Virus record (IMG/VR): IMGVR_UViG_3300031578_000009
Coordinates: 31,690-95,689 of that record
Length of the DNA: 64,000 nt
Source: a virus
Strand: one strand, 5' to 3'
Part shown: piece after piece, positions 1-12,300 of the stretch
Position numbering within the stretch: the stretch's first letter is position 1
How the letters are laid out: each line of letters opens with the position of its first letter
The notes under the pieces: model-generated
The model's database searches: none
The model's input: only the letters and a program-made list of their open reading frames with translations
Told to the model about the DNA's origin: nothing
Position numbers and translations under genes: made by a program

Positions 1-1
1 T

Positions 2-3000
2 ACAGAAGAACCTAAAATAGTCAAAGCTAAAACTAAATCTGGTAATGAAATCATTGGAGAATTATCTTATACCAAAACTGGTAAACCAATGATTAAGAAA
101 GAAGGTAATAAATCTTCTACTCTCGTAGATCCAGAAACTATTGAAGAATTAAGTAAACAATCTCAACCAGAAGATATTGAAGCCCAAAAAGCTAATATTG
201 AGAAAAGAAGAAATGCTGAAATAGCTAACCCTTATAAAATGTTACATGATTCTAATATAAAAAAGGGAACTGAATTATTTAGAAGAGCAACATCAGAAGA
301 AGAATATTTTGATCCAAATAGTAGATTTGTTTCATTAGGTAAAATAAAAGCGCTCAAAACAAATTCTAATGGAAACAATTTACAAGGCGTTTTAGTTGGT
401 GATAGATGGCTTAATAAAGGAGCTTGGTATGATATGTATATCAAAAATGATGTTGATGCAATCAATGCTAAATATGATTCTGAATTATCAGCATTAAATA
501 CACAGCCAAATGTATTAACCAATACAATACCTTTAACGACAGAAGAACAAACTATAACTGAAGAAACTCCTATAGTTGATAATCAGTCTATTATTACTCC
601 TGAATTAGAAGATGAATTAAATGATTTAGAAACAAGGAATGATGGTAGTGATAGAACTGGATTATTTGAAGTAGACCCCAGGGTTTTATTAACTACTAAA
701 GCTAAAGAATCTGTTGAGTATAGAGACAAGAATGGTAATTTAAGATTTAAAGATAAATATGATAGTCATGGTGATTTAATTAAAATGCCTTTGTATGATG
801 CTAAAATGGCTTCTGAAGATGTATTTAAAGAAAACTCACAAGTTATATTATCTGTAAATACAGAATTTATTAAAGTTAAAAATGGAGTAGAACATGTTGT
901 AATTGATGGTAAAGATAAAGGTAAATTAACAATTGAAAATTTACCAATCAATATATCTACAGTAGAAGATTTTGAAGCAAATAAAACTCCATATGTAGCA
1001 ATAAGGGATTTATCAGAAGGCAAATGGACTAACTTAGAATCATCTGCTAAAGAGAAAACTATAGCCTTACGTGAAAAAATGTTTAAGGCTTATAAAAAGA
1101 ATAAACAATCAATATCATATTCTACTGTAACAAGTAAAGATAATGGTTGGATTAATAAAACTGAAAGACCTAAATCATTATCTGATAATTTAAAGATTAG
1201 TGGTCATTCAATATATGGAGATAAAATATCATTTGGAGTATCTGGATTGTCAAATACAATTATGACTGCTAATGGTGAAGCTGTTAATATGGGTAGAATA
1301 CCACCTGGATTACCATATTTAATTATACCTAATGCTAATGGTCAAGAAGTTGGTACAAGATTAACTGTTAGTCCACTATCAGAACAAATAACTCCAAGTG
1401 GAGAACCTACTGGAGTTTATAATGATCATGTACAAAATGTATTTGCTATTCTTGAAGCATATGCAAATGATGATCCTAGATTTACTTATCAAAATGTATA
1501 TAAAGAAGTAGGTAAATATTTTAATCTTAGGGAATCTGCAAAAGGATTAGATGATAAAGTTAATCCTAATGGTGAAGATTTAAACAACAATGTATTTGCT
1601 GCTTATAAAGACAAATCTGGTAGAGTTGTTATATCATTACCTGCTAATAAAGGTTATAAACAAATAGTAATTAAGAAGACTAATGGTGGATTACAATACT
1701 ATACTACATTTAATGGAATTGACCAACAATCTTCTAAAGAATCTTTATTGAAAGAATTCAATAATAGATTAGATCAAATGTATCAAAATATTCAGGTTGT
1801 TAGTAATAGTGAGATATATAATTTCAAAAGATTTGAATATAAAGATGGTAAATTAGAACAAGTATCTGATAATTACATAGACTTTCTATCAAAATCTGGT
1901 ATTAAAACCAGAGTTATTCCAATGATTGGTTCTGATGGAAAACCATATTATGTATCTCAACCTAATATTACTATTGATGAAAATATCAAATCAGATGTCG
2001 AATTTAATCAAACTCAGGAATCTCCAAAGCAATCTAATGATAATAAAGTAGTAGAAGAACAATCAACTGAACTAATATCTGAGATTCCTACTGTAACTAC
2101 AAATGAAACTTTTAGTATAGAAGATTTTAATAATATTGATTTTAATTTAGATATTGATAATTTAAATGAAGCAAATGAACCTATTGATGGTATAGAATTT
2201 AATAATACTTCATTATCTTCATTCTCTAATTTAAATGATATTCAGAAAGAATCAGGATTGGTTCAATCAATGTTGAATATATTATTGCAAAGACTTGATT
2301 CTAAAAGAGAATTAAATACTCCAACAACAACCAAAGAAGCATTAGGTGAAGTAAAATCAATATTAATAAATACCAGAGACAAATTTAATAGATTTACAAC
2401 ACAAAATATTTCTACATCAGAAGCTAATACTAATGGCGTAACAATTGGTGCAACTAATAATGCTAAGATTGCTCAGAATCTTGATTTCTTTATTAATAAT
2501 TTTGAACAACAATTAAATAATGATGGTAGTGTTAAATTCATTGGATATGGCAATAAAGTTTTAATGGAATACAACAGATTATCTTTTAATTCTGCTTATT
2601 TACTAGATGAAGAAGCATTAGAAGATGTAGAAGATAAGCCTGAATCATTTATAGAAGGAAAAAACTATAAAACAGATCCAGAGAAATCTTTATCTGCACA
2701 AATCAAAAGAACATTATCTGATATTAAAAAAGTAAAACCTAATGGTAAATATATATCTAATGCATTTGGATTAACTGAGAGGGAAGATTTTGGTAAGGTT
2801 TTTAACTATTTAATGGAAAACTTATCAAATGTTGCTACAGATGATATTATGAGTGAACTTTCAGAATTAGCTAAAGTTAGTTATATAGCAAAAGAAGTTA
2901 ATTCAAAATTAGACTCATTAAGGGCTAAAAATCCAGAGATAATTACCAAGTTTATATCTACGTTCAAAAAACAAAAGATTAAGCTTTATTCTGTACTATA

Positions 3001-6000
3001 TGAAGTAAATAATGGTAAAATTATTACTAAGGTTACAGAGTCAAATAGAAATGGTGCTAAAGATGTAATATTTAATAATTGGAATACTGAGTTTGTAAGT
3101 ACTGGTCATAAAAATGGATTCTTAATCAACAAAGACAATAAAGATACAGTAGTCAAAACTAAAGCCTCTAAAATAAATAATGACTTTGTAAATCTAAGAA
3201 AATTATCTGGAGAAGAATATATTAATGAATTATATTCTTTATTTAATAACATTGGAATAAAAGTGTCAAAAGATGCTTTAAAAGCTATTAAAGAAGATTT
3301 TAAGAACAAGAATAATAAAAAATACTTTAAACAAGAGTTTAAAGGTAAAGCATTAAATCAAGAAACATTTGAAGGATTTATAAATGCTTATTTTGGACCA
3401 ATGTTTAATAAGTTCAACAATGGTGAAAACATATTTGAAACAAACAAAGGAACTATTAAATCATTAGCAGTCTATGAACAAAAGTTTGATGTAGATGCAT
3501 CTTCTCAGTCATTTAGAAGTGCAAATGGTAATATGTATTATGCCTATGTTAATACACATCATTTGAGCAATACAATTGATAAAATCAACTCAAATGATAC
3601 AGATTTTTTTAATGAGAAATTAAACAATCCATTCTCATCTAAATCAACTTGGATTAATAATTCAGACGCTGTTAAGTTAGCTTATATTGATGTATCAAAA
3701 AGTACTCAAAAAGGTAGCACTGCTAAATCATATGAAGACCAAAATAATTTTGAAAAAGAAGTTACAAAAGTAAGTTTCTTTTTAAATAATGGTAATGTAG
3801 ATAGAACAATGATGTTAACTGTTTCTCCATCTGATAAAACAACGTTTTCATTATTAGATTCACAAAGAACCAGAGTAAATAATGGTTCATATTTAAATGA
3901 GAAACTTACATTAGATAGCAATTTAGAGAAGCAATTGTTTGATTTATTTGTAACTTCTGAAATTAACAGGATTAATCAAACTGTTGATGATTTCAATAAA
4001 ACTGAAGACAAAAATAAACTAATAGAAGGTTATCATTATCAAGGTAATCGCGTGGGAGCAGGTGGATATTTCTTCTTTATACCAGAACTTAATGAAGTAT
4101 TAAAACGTAGTTCAGAAGGTAAAATAATAATGAATGAATCTAATTTATCTAAAGCTAAAGATATAATGCTTGGATTTTTAGAATCAGAAATTGGATCTAA
4201 AATTAAACAATGGGAGAATATTGGTTTACAAGATTTTGTAGATGATGAAGCATTTAAGCAATATGATAGCAAACTATCTGATTTGGCTACAAATTATGTA
4301 ATAAATAATGCATCATCTTATGCTAACCAGTTTATGATGGTTACTGGAGATCCAGCTTTATTTGCAAAAATAGATGGTAAATTTACAGGAGAATATTCAA
4401 ATTGGAAACCAGTAGTAGAAGCAAGTTTAGTAAATTTATTTAAACGTACATCTAAAGATATTGCTCCTGGAATAAAAGGTAAATTTGACAATCCTACATA
4501 TAAAACATTATTTATTGAAGAACCTAAAGAGAATTCATTATTAGGTAAAGAGATTAAAGCTTACAATAATATTAAACTTGCTGATGCTCAAGAATGGACA
4601 ACTCTTGAAGAGCATTTGAATGTTATGAAAGCTATTGGTAAGATAGATCAGAATGATTATGATAACATAATTTCTAATAAAGATAATCTAACTTATGAAC
4701 AAATATTGACTGTTATACAACCAATGAAACCTGTTCAGGTATTATCTCAAATGGATAATAATTTTAATGCAGAAACTCAATATTATATTAAAACATCATC
4801 ATTCCCGTTATTATCTCAATTAACTAAAGGATTTCCTGAATTAGATAAAATGAGGAAATTCATGGAAGATAATAAAATTGATAGAATTGCTCCAAAAACT
4901 GCTGTTAAATTAGGATTTCATAATGCAATAAATTTATTTAATGAAGATTCATTTAATGATAATAATGGTTTTAACGGTACTGTTCTTACTTTAAATAGAG
5001 AAGGATTTAGTATTCAACAGGATGTTCCATATGATGAAAATAAATCTGAGATATTAGAAGGTTCTCAAATGAGAAAAACTATATTTGCTGATTTAACTCC
5101 AGATATGGAATTTTCTATGGGTAATGCTGTTGAACTAAAGAAGTTATCAGATGCTATACACATAGAACAGTATCAGAGAAAGTTAGAAGAACTTAAAACA
5201 AAACTTAAAGTAGAATCTGATGGTATCATTCAAAATATGAATGAGCTTAAAGACATGATGATTAAAGAAGGTCTTGATAGAGGTTATTCTATTAATGATT
5301 TGTTAGCATTAACAACTAAAAAATTATCTAATGGAAGATCTGTATTTAATATACCATTATTTTTTCATCCTATGGTTCATAAGATTGAATCATTATTGAA
5401 TTCTATTGTAAAAAATAAGATACTTAAAAACAAACTACCAGGTAAATCATTCGTACAAGGTTCATCATTGGGATTTAAAGTGGCAACTGAAGATTTTCTA
5501 AAGAGAGTTGCTGGTGATAATAATGGAATTATTTTAACTAAAGATTATAAAGGAAGTTTAGATTATAGAGAAGAAAATGGTGAATTATATGCTGAAATAT
5601 TCTTACCATCTATATTTAAAGACATAGATTTAACTCAATATATTGGCAAGGATGGATTATTAGATACAAATAAAATAGATCCAGAATTATTAAATATGAT
5701 TGGATATAGGATTCCAACTCAGGGATTTAGTTCAATTATTAGATTAAAAGTAGTTGGAATATTGCCAAAAGTTTCAGGAGATTTAGTTATAGTTCCACCA
5801 GCAATGGTTACTCAAATGGGTAGTGACTTTGATGTTGACAAACTATATGTTCATAATTATAATTATTATAAAGATTCCAATACAGATAAGATTAAAAAGA
5901 TTAAGCATAAAAATACTGCTGAATCAAATCTACTCCAAAAAATGGGTAATTTAAGTGATTTATCCATGTATTCTGATGAAGAATTACAAAATCATTTATT

Positions 6001-8827
6001 AGATATATATCACTCAATACTTAAAAACAAACAAGTACAGGAATTAAGTAAAAATCCACTTGATAATACAGAAATTGATAAACTTGCAAATGGAGACTTA
6101 AAGCAAGAAAGAGATTCTAAGTCTTTATTATCTGACAATTTACATTCAGATATGGTTGATGTTCAGGCTGCTGGGAAATTGGGTATTGGCATAACTTCCT
6201 TGTGGGTAACTGGACATAGAGATAATCAATATTCTGGGCTATATATTGAACCTAAAGCTGTAGATGGTAAGTTAATTTATAATGCAGTAATGTTTGATAA
6301 TAAATCTGATCATGAAGATTTAAATGAATCAACTAATGAGAACAATAAAATATATAATCCAAAATCAAATACAGTTGATCCAAATATAACTTATGGAAAT
6401 CATGCATTTAAAGGTGCATTTAGGTTAGATAAAATTACTGGATTTGATGGTAGAAGAATTAGTTCGGTTCAAGTGAATATTCAAACAGAATCTGTTGATA
6501 ATGCCAATAAAGGTAATTTATACCCAATGAATCTTAATAAATATACATTCGATGTAGCCATGTTAATTGCAGATACTGGATTCAATGAAAAAACAATTGG
6601 ATATTTCCTTAATCAACCAATTATTAAAGAATACATTGATAAATTACAAAGTCTAAACAATTTTACAGATACAGAATTTATAGCAGATAAGAAGAATAAA
6701 CTTAAAGAAGAAGTATTAAATAAATTAGGAATTAAGATTTCACTTGATGAATTAACAACATCAAATATCAATACTGAAGAAATGAAGTCTGCTTTAAATA
6801 CTACTAAAACAAATACTGATTTACAAAAAAGAGTAATACAAAACTTTTTTGTATATGAAGAATTAGCAGATGATATTAGAAAAATTCGTAGTGCATTAAA
6901 CGTAGATACTAAATTTTTAGGTAGTAATTTTTCAGGAGTTATAAATAGAAGTGCAAATTTCTCACAAAAATTAGATTCTAAGTTAATTGGTAATACTCAA
7001 AATTTATATAATAATACAACATCTGGTGTTGCTCATGATATAGGAGTTGAAGAAACTATTAAGTTATTTGGAAGCAAGAATCTATTACCATATGATAGCA
7101 CAAGTTTAAAAACTATATTTAATAAAATATCTGATATTACAGATAGAGATTTATCAGATAAAGATATTGAAAATATTACTATTGGAATTAGGTCTGCTTT
7201 AGTTAGTGAAGAATTGAGGAAGATATTTAATATTAATGATATATATAAATATAGAAAAGCATTATTATTTGGTGATAATAATATAGCAAGGAGAGTTATT
7301 GAAGCTAAAGAATCAATGCCAAATAATTCATTCATACAAAGCTTAAATCCAAAAGACTCTTATGACTCAAAAGTTCCAGCAACTGTAGAACATTATTCTG
7401 CTAAAGATTCTAAAGCTGATTATGATTATAAAAAGCAGATGGATTGGCTGAAAATGCTACAATCTGATGATTTAAAAACAAGACAATTGGCTAAAGACTT
7501 AATATTGTACGCTACAACATTTGGAACAGAACGTAATGCAAGAGATTTTGGTAGATTTATACCATTTGATTTTTATATGAATTCTGGATTAGCAAAATCA
7601 TTGCAAGATATTGATTTTAATGATGAATCTAATGCAAGTGTTCAGAAACTATCAAGTAACTTTGTTCAACAATATTTCCAACATTATCCAAATAAACTTG
7701 AAACATTAAATGATAAAACTGATAGTTTATATGCAAGAAAATATAATAAAGATACAAAACAAATTGAAGTTTATAAGAATATAAATGGTAAATATGTAAT
7801 GTTGGATAGACTTGGCGATGATTTCTTAGATGAATATGATTTAGATTTGTCATATAATAAGACAATTATGCCAAACAATCCCATTGGCACAAGACTGGAA
7901 TCAATCAGAACTGTAAATCCAGATGCAGGTATAGTTAAAGATATTCATGCAGGAGAAGCAATATTAAAAGATTATGGATTTGATAATGGAATAAATTCTG
8001 TATTATTAAAGATTTCAGAATCAAATAGCAGGTTTGCTAACTTAGCCAAGCTGTTATATGATAATTCAGATAAGATTTCTGATTTTACATTAGAAAGAAT
8101 GAATCCTGATAATCCAGAACATAATGTATCTAACTATTATAATCTTCGTGGTAAAGTTATAGATAATGCAGGAACTAAGTTAATTTTGGTTAACCAAACT
8201 AACGTTGATTCTGATAGTCGATTTCAGCGTACTTTTATGCATGAAACAGTACATGCTTTTACATTAAGATTACTTAAAACAAATGATTCATTATTAACTA
8301 AAGAACAAATTGAAGCAAAAAACAATATTAATAAATTATATAATGATTTCTTAACTAAATCTAAACTAGATAAAAGATCATTTGGTAATGCAGAAAAAGA
8401 TGTATATGAATTTGTTTCAGAAGTAATGGTTAGTGATAACTTACAGAAATATCTTGAATCTAAATCTTATAATAACAAATCAATGATGCAGAAGTTTATT
8501 GATTTAGTTAAGGATTTGTTTGGAGTTAAAAACGATACTATGTTGGAAGCTTCTATTGCTAATATATTTCAATTAGCAGAATTACAAACTGAACCAATGC
8601 CTAAGAATATTATTTCAGATATAAAATTAGAAGCTAACGAAACCGTAGATGAAAATAATTTGCAATCTCAAAATAAAGATATAACTTTGTCAAAAACCTA
8701 TAAATCTGTTATTGACAGTTGGGATATTTACGGAAGTAAGTTTGAGAAAGCTGGATATACACAAGAAGCAATTGGTAAAATGAGTGAAGAAGAATTAGGT
8801 CAATTTATAAAAGATAATATTTGTTAA
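2..8827 (+). CDS. Giant virion (crAss-type, two-barrel) RNA polymerase polyprotein with C-terminal zincin-like domain; 5'-truncated by the window
   Basis: Frame is open from position 2, upstream of the tracked ATG at 89. Contains GYRIPTQ and the catalytic GSDFDVDKLY (DxDxD, ~5825-5839). HETVH (HExxH, 8240-8254) lies near the C-terminus. Matches the known crAss-like vRNAP architecture. Confidence 0.9.
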   Translation, partial: TEEPKIVKAKTKSGNEIIGELSYTKTGKPMIKKEGNKSSTLVDPETIEELSKQSQPEDIEAQKANIEKRRNAEIANPYKMLHDSNIKKGTELFRRATSEEEYFDPNSRFVSLGKIKALKTNSNGNNLQGVLVGDRWLNKGAWYDMYIKNDVDAINAKYDSELSALNTQPNVLTNTIPLTTEEQTITEETPIVDNQSIITPELEDELNDLETRNDGSDRTGLFEVDPRVLLTTKAKESVEYRDKNGNLRFKDKYDSHGDLIKMPLYDAKMASEDVFKENSQVILSVNTEFIKVKNGVEHVVIDGKDKGKLTIENLPINISTVEDFEANKTPYVAIRDLSEGKWTNLESSAKEKTIALREKMFKAYKKNKQSISYSTVTSKDNGWINKTERPKSLSDNLKISGHSIYGDKISFGVSGLSNTIMTANGEAVNMGRIPPGLPYLIIPNANGQEVGTRLTVSPLSEQITPSGEPTGVYNDHVQNVFAILEAYANDDPRFTYQNVYKEVGKYFNLRESAKGLDDKVNPNGEDLNNNVFAAYKDKSGRVVISLPANKGYKQIVIKKTNGGLQYYTTFNGIDQQSSKESLLKEFNNRLDQMYQNIQVVSNSEIYNFKRFEYKDGKLEQVSDNYIDFLSKSGIKTRVIPMIGSDGKPYYVSQPNITIDENIKSDVEFNQTQESPKQSNDNKVVEEQSTELISEIPTVTTNETFSIEDFNNIDFNLDIDNLNEANEPIDGIEFNNTSLSSFSNLNDIQKESGLVQSMLNILLQRLDSKRELNTPTTTKEALGEVKSILINTRDKFNRFTTQNISTSEANTNGVTIGATNNAKIAQNLDFFINNFEQQLNNDGSVKFIGYGNKVLMEYNRLSFNSAYLLDEEALEDVEDKPESFIEGKNYKTDPEKSLSAQIKRTLSDIKKVKPNGKYISNAFGLTEREDFGKVFNYLMENLSNVATDDIMSELSELAKVSYIAKEVNSKLDSLRAKNPEIITKFISTFKKQKIKLYSVLYEVNNGKIITKVTESNRNGAKDVIFNNWNTEFVSTGHKNGFLINKDNKDTVVKTKASKINNDFVNLRKLSGEEYINELYSLFNNIGIKVSKDALKAIKEDFKNKNNKKYFKQEFKGKALNQETFEGFINAYFGPMFNKFNNGENIFETNKGTIKSLAVYEQKFDVDASSQSFRSANGNMYYAYVNTHHLSNTIDKINSNDTDFFNEKLNNPFSSKSTWINNSDAVKLAYIDVSKSTQKGSTAKSYEDQNNFEKEVTKVSFFLNNGNVDRTMMLTVSPSDKTTFSLLDSQRTRVNNGSYLNEKLTLDSNLEKQLFDLFVTSEINRINQTVDDFNKTEDKNKLIEGYHYQGNRVGAGGYFFFIPELNEVLKRSSEGKIIMNESNLSKAKDIMLGFLESEIGSKIKQWENIGLQDFVDDEAFKQYDSKLSDLATNYVINNASSYANQFMMVTGDPALFAKIDGKFTGEYSNWKPVVEASLVNLFKRTSKDIAPGIKGKFDNPTYKTLFIEEPKENSLLGKEIKAYNNIKLADAQEWTTLEEHLNVMKAIGKIDQNDYDNIISNKDNLTYEQILTVIQPMKPVQVLSQMDNNFNAETQYYIKTSSFPLLSQLTKGFPELDKMRKFMEDNKIDRIAPKTAVKLGFHNAINLFNEDSFNDNNGFNGTVLTLNREGFSIQQDVPYDENKSEILEGSQMRKTIFADLTPDMEFSMGNAVELKKLSDAIHIEQYQRKLEELKTKLKVESDGIIQNMNELKDMMIKEGLDRGYSINDLLALTTKKLSNGRSVFNIPLFFHPMVHKIESLLNSIVKNKILKNKLPGKSFVQGSSLGFKVATEDFLKRVAGDNNGIILTKDYKGSLDYREENGELYAEIFLPSIFKDIDLTQYIGKDGLLDTNKIDPELLNMIGYRIPTQGFSSIIRLKVVGILPKVSGDLVIVPPAMVTQMGSDFDVDKLYVHNYNYYKDSNTDKIKKIKHKNTAESNLLQKMGNLSDLSMYSDEELQNHLLDIYHSILKNKQVQELSKNPLDNTEIDKLANGDLKQERDSKSLLSDNLHSDMVDVQAAGKLGIGITSLWVTGHRDNQYSGLYIEPKAVDGKLIYNAVMFDNKSDHEDLNESTNENNKIYNPKSNTVDPNITYGNHAFKGAFRLDKITGFDGRRISSVQVNIQTESVDNANKGNLYPMNLNKYTFDVAMLIADTGFNEKTIGYFLNQPIIKEYIDKLQSLNNFTDTEFIADKKNKLKEEVLNKLGIKISLDELTTSNINTEEMKSALNTTKTNTDLQKRVIQNFFVYEELADDIRKIRSALNVDTKFLGSNFSGVINRSANFSQKLDSKLIGNTQNLYNNTTSGVAHDIGVEETIKLFGSKNLLPYDSTSLKTIFNKISDITDRDLSDKDIENITIGIRSALVSEELRKIFNINDIYKYRKALLFGDNNIARRVIEAKESMPNNSFIQSLNPKDSYDSKVPATVEHYSAKDSKADYDYKKQMDWLKMLQSDDLKTRQLAKDLILYATTFGTERNARDFGRFIPFDFYMNSGLAKSLQDIDFNDESNASVQKLSSNFVQQYFQHYPNKLETLNDKTDSLYARKYNKDTKQIEVYKNINGKYVMLDRLGDDFLDEYDLDLSYNKTIMPNNPIGTRLESIRTVNPDAGIVKDIHAGEAILKDYGFDNGINSVLLKISESNSRFANLAKLLYDNSDKISDFTLERMNPDNPEHNVSNYYNLRGKVIDNAGTKLILVNQTNVDSDSRFQRTFMHETVHAFTLRLLKTNDSLLTKEQIEAKNNINKLYNDFLTKSKLDKRSFGNAEKDVYEFVSEVMVSDNLQKYLESKSYNNKSMMQKFIDLVKDLFGVKNDTMLEASIANIFQLAELQTEPMPKNIISDIKLEANETVDENNLQSQNKDITLSKTYKSVIDSWDIYGSKFEKAGYTQEAIGKMSEEELGQFIKDNIC

Positions 8828-8828
8828 T

Positions 8829-9320
8829 ATGAAAGAATTTTTAAGTCAAGAAGCAATTAAAGAGCTTAATTACAGGATAAATCAAGAAGAATTTTCTGCT
8901 CGTATCTATGAAGGTATGAACTTATGGTTTGACGATAGAGGATATAAGAATTTTGCAGCTTTATATACTAAATATGCAGAAGAAGAATGGAAACATTCTA
9001 AGCTAGCTAAAGAATTTCTATTGTCGTTCAAAATTAAACCAGAATTACAATCTATAGAAGCTCCACCAGCAAATTATGAAAGCTGTTATGAGATATTAGA
9101 ATCTACATTAGAACATGAAGCAGAAGTTTCAAGGCAATGTCAGGAATTAGCTATTAACTCCTTAAAACGTGGAGAAATAATGTTGCATACATTGGCTCTA
9201 CAATATTGCAAGGAACAAATAGAGGAGATGGATAAATCATATACAATCCTGGATATCAGTAAATTAACAACAGATATGTTGGTTTTGGATCAATATATAG
9301 GTGAAACATATTTAGATTAA
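8829..9320 (+). CDS. ftn: Ferritin (FtnA-like)
   Basis: 163 aa helical protein with ferroxidase-type motifs INQEEFS, EEEWKH, EHE and EQIEE. Confidence 0.8.
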   Translation: MKEFLSQEAIKELNYRINQEEFSARIYEGMNLWFDDRGYKNFAALYTKYAEEEWKHSKLAKEFLLSFKIKPELQSIEAPPANYESCYEILESTLEHEAEVSRQCQELAINSLKRGEIMLHTLALQYCKEQIEEMDKSYTILDISKLTTDMLVLDQYIGETYLD

Positions 9321-9321
9321 T

Positions 9322-12300
9322 ATGAGTATTATATGCCCCCATAAGGGATTAAAAAAATGGTCTGACTTAGTGGCTTTACATGGTGAAGCTAAGAGTTATT
9401 TTTTGTGGAATGAATTTGAAGGTAAGGTTCCTAAAGAATTTTACTCAGAAAATAGTAATGTTCAAGTCTCAGATAAAGACTTAGAGCCATACTACAAATA
9501 TTCTCCACAAGAACCTAAAGTTCCATTAATTCAAAAAGTTCCTAAAGTTAATTTCAATAGTAAGTTTGCTGCCGGAACAAAACTTGTTGAAAGACAAGCT
9601 GGTGAAATTAATGCTAAATATGATGAGATGTTACCACCTAATTCTATTAAAAGACAAGTGGCTAACAAATTCTTTAGATATGCTAAATATGATAAAGATG
9701 GCAATAATTCACCAGTATATTATCCATTTAAAGTATCTGATTCATGGGAGAAAAATAAACAATATAAAGATGCTATTAATAAACTATATAGTGAAGATGT
9801 AGTTGGTGTTGATAATGATGGAAGTATTGTATTCAGACCTAATATTGAAAATGCTATATATACTGGTGGAGATTTTGGATATGCAGTAGAACCTGTTGAT
9901 ACAGATGTAGGAACAATTGAATCACCAGATACTAAGGCAATAGATACTGCTATTGAACGTTTAAATGAGAGACTAGCATTATTAACAAGGAGAGCATCAA
10001 AAACTGGTGGATCTTCACAAATGAGAGCTAATATTGCTGATTTAAAGAGTCAGATTAAAAAGCTTGAAGAAAATAAGACTACTTTAGCATCTAATAATAT
10101 TTTAGAAAGGTTTGCTAAAAATGATGCTGTACAAATACAAGATAATCTTGATAATATCAGAGAAAATGTTGATACTATCTTAAAAGCAGATCTAAGAGAA
10201 GAAAAAACAAAGCAACAAATGTTAGCTCTCATGGATAGTTTAATGCTTAATTCTATTACTATTCAAGGATGGATAGACATTCAGGATTTTGTAGAGCATA
10301 GTGATCCAGAATTAATCAATGAATTAGAAAAAATATCTGGTCATTATTCAAGATTAAATAGAGAGTGGAATGATTTAGCTAAAACACTATTTACAGAGTA
10401 TGCAAACAGATATTCTTATAGAGATAATTTCTCTAAAGATGAGTTATTTGATGCAGTAAAAGATACTAGTATTTATAAGTCTAATGTACTAGGATTAAGT
10501 GAATCTCATATTGAATTATTAAAAGTTGTAGATGATATCATTAGAAAATCAGCAAGTGATATTAATGAAGAATCGTTTGATAAAAAATCAGAAGTAAGAG
10601 AGTGGAACAAAAAACTTAAAGAGGATGGATTTTCAGAATCAGAAGTTAATGATATATTTAAACAAAAACATAATGGAGATTGGACTGGTAATATCATTGG
10701 TGATATAGATCATTCATACTATGTAAAAAAACAAGAATTATTTGATGAAGCAAATAGAACTGGTAAGTATGCTAGAGTAAATAAATGGTTAAAAGATAAC
10801 TCTAAATCTTTAAACTTAAAACAACTAAGAGATATTAAAGAAGGAAATTTTGAATCCAGTAAAAATATAGGTTATTCTCAGGAAGAATTAGATATTCAAA
10901 AAGAATTATTAGAGAAATACCAAGAAGACCATGATACTTATCAGGAAATAACTGAGATGAAATATGGTAATTCAGAATTTGCTCAAAGAGAATTAGAAGA
11001 ATGGGAGTTGGCACATTCTCCATTTTTGTATGCACAAGGAGAAAAAAATTCTGGATATAAATATTTAATTAAAGAAAAACCTAGTATTAATAAATGGGGA
11101 GATAGAAGGTTTGATAAAATTAAGAATAATCCAACTCTATTTGGATTCTATAATTTTATGAAACAAAGATTTAATGAAAATAATAAAGCTTTAGGTTATT
11201 TTAATGCATTTGAGGAGTTTTATATGCCTGAGAAAGAATCTAATTTTGCAAAACAATTAATGCAGAATAAAGGTCTTTTAAAGAAAGTTGGATTTCTTGG
11301 TAATAGTATAAAGAATTCTATATCACAAAGTGCTAGTGAAACATTTCCAGCTATTCATATAAAAGGAAAACCAGTTAAGTCTGTGCCAATTAGAATGATG
11401 CAGAATAGAATTCCACCTCAGATAAAAGAAGATCATTTATTAAATATAATTAATTTACATACTGAAAATTCATTAGCACATAAATATAAGACAGAGATTG
11501 AACCAATGTGCAATGCTGCTACTGAATTATTAAATACTATTAAAGAATTAAAACCTGGTGACAAAGAGATTGAGAATCAGCTTGCAAATGCTAAAAAACA
11601 ATTAGAATATGCTAAAGATGCAGGATTATATGATGAAAGAAAATCCAGGATAGAAGGTAAAACAGGAGTTAAATTCTATACTGATGAAGAAAAACAAAAA
11701 TTAGCTGAACTAAAACAACAAAGATCTAATAAAAAGATAACTGAAGAAACATTTAACCAAGAAAAAGATAAACTTGGTAAAATGATTACAGGCAATAAAT
11801 TAGTTGATTCATTAATTAATTATACCTATATAAAAGCAATGTCATTTCCAAACGTTATTACTCCTGGGGTGAACGTACTTTTTGGTATTAATTCAAACTT
11901 AATTTATGCATCTGCTGGAGTTGATGTTGACTTAAAAACTATGAATAAAGCAATGATTCAAATGATGTCAGCTACAGCAAGAAGTTTTGGTGCCAAAAAT
12001 AATCCAGAGTTAGTTGAGAAAGTTTATGCTTTTATGGAAAAATTACATTTATTAGGAACTATCCATGACAATGAATATGGTAGTAGAAAGTCTTTTTCAG
12101 AAAAGTTAACTATATTACAAGAGAAAGCAGAACATTTTAATCAAGGATCATTGATGTTAGCTATTCTACAATATCAAAAACTTCTTGATAAAAATGGTAA
12201 AGAAGTATCTATTTTTGATGCATATAAAGTACAAGATGAAAAACTTGTATGGAATGAAGAATTAATGGGAAAACAAACAAATACTCCAAATTCAAGAGTT

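Noticed and set aside
89-8827. Inteins or self-splicing introns in vRNAP (also checked TerL and DnaB)
   Set aside because: Reading frames are continuous, and I recognised no intein termini or homing endonuclease motifs.
232-11035. Short - strand and alternate-frame ORFs within the vRNAP and 1249-aa genes
   Set aside because: Fully nested in long genes, with compositions typical of antisense translations.
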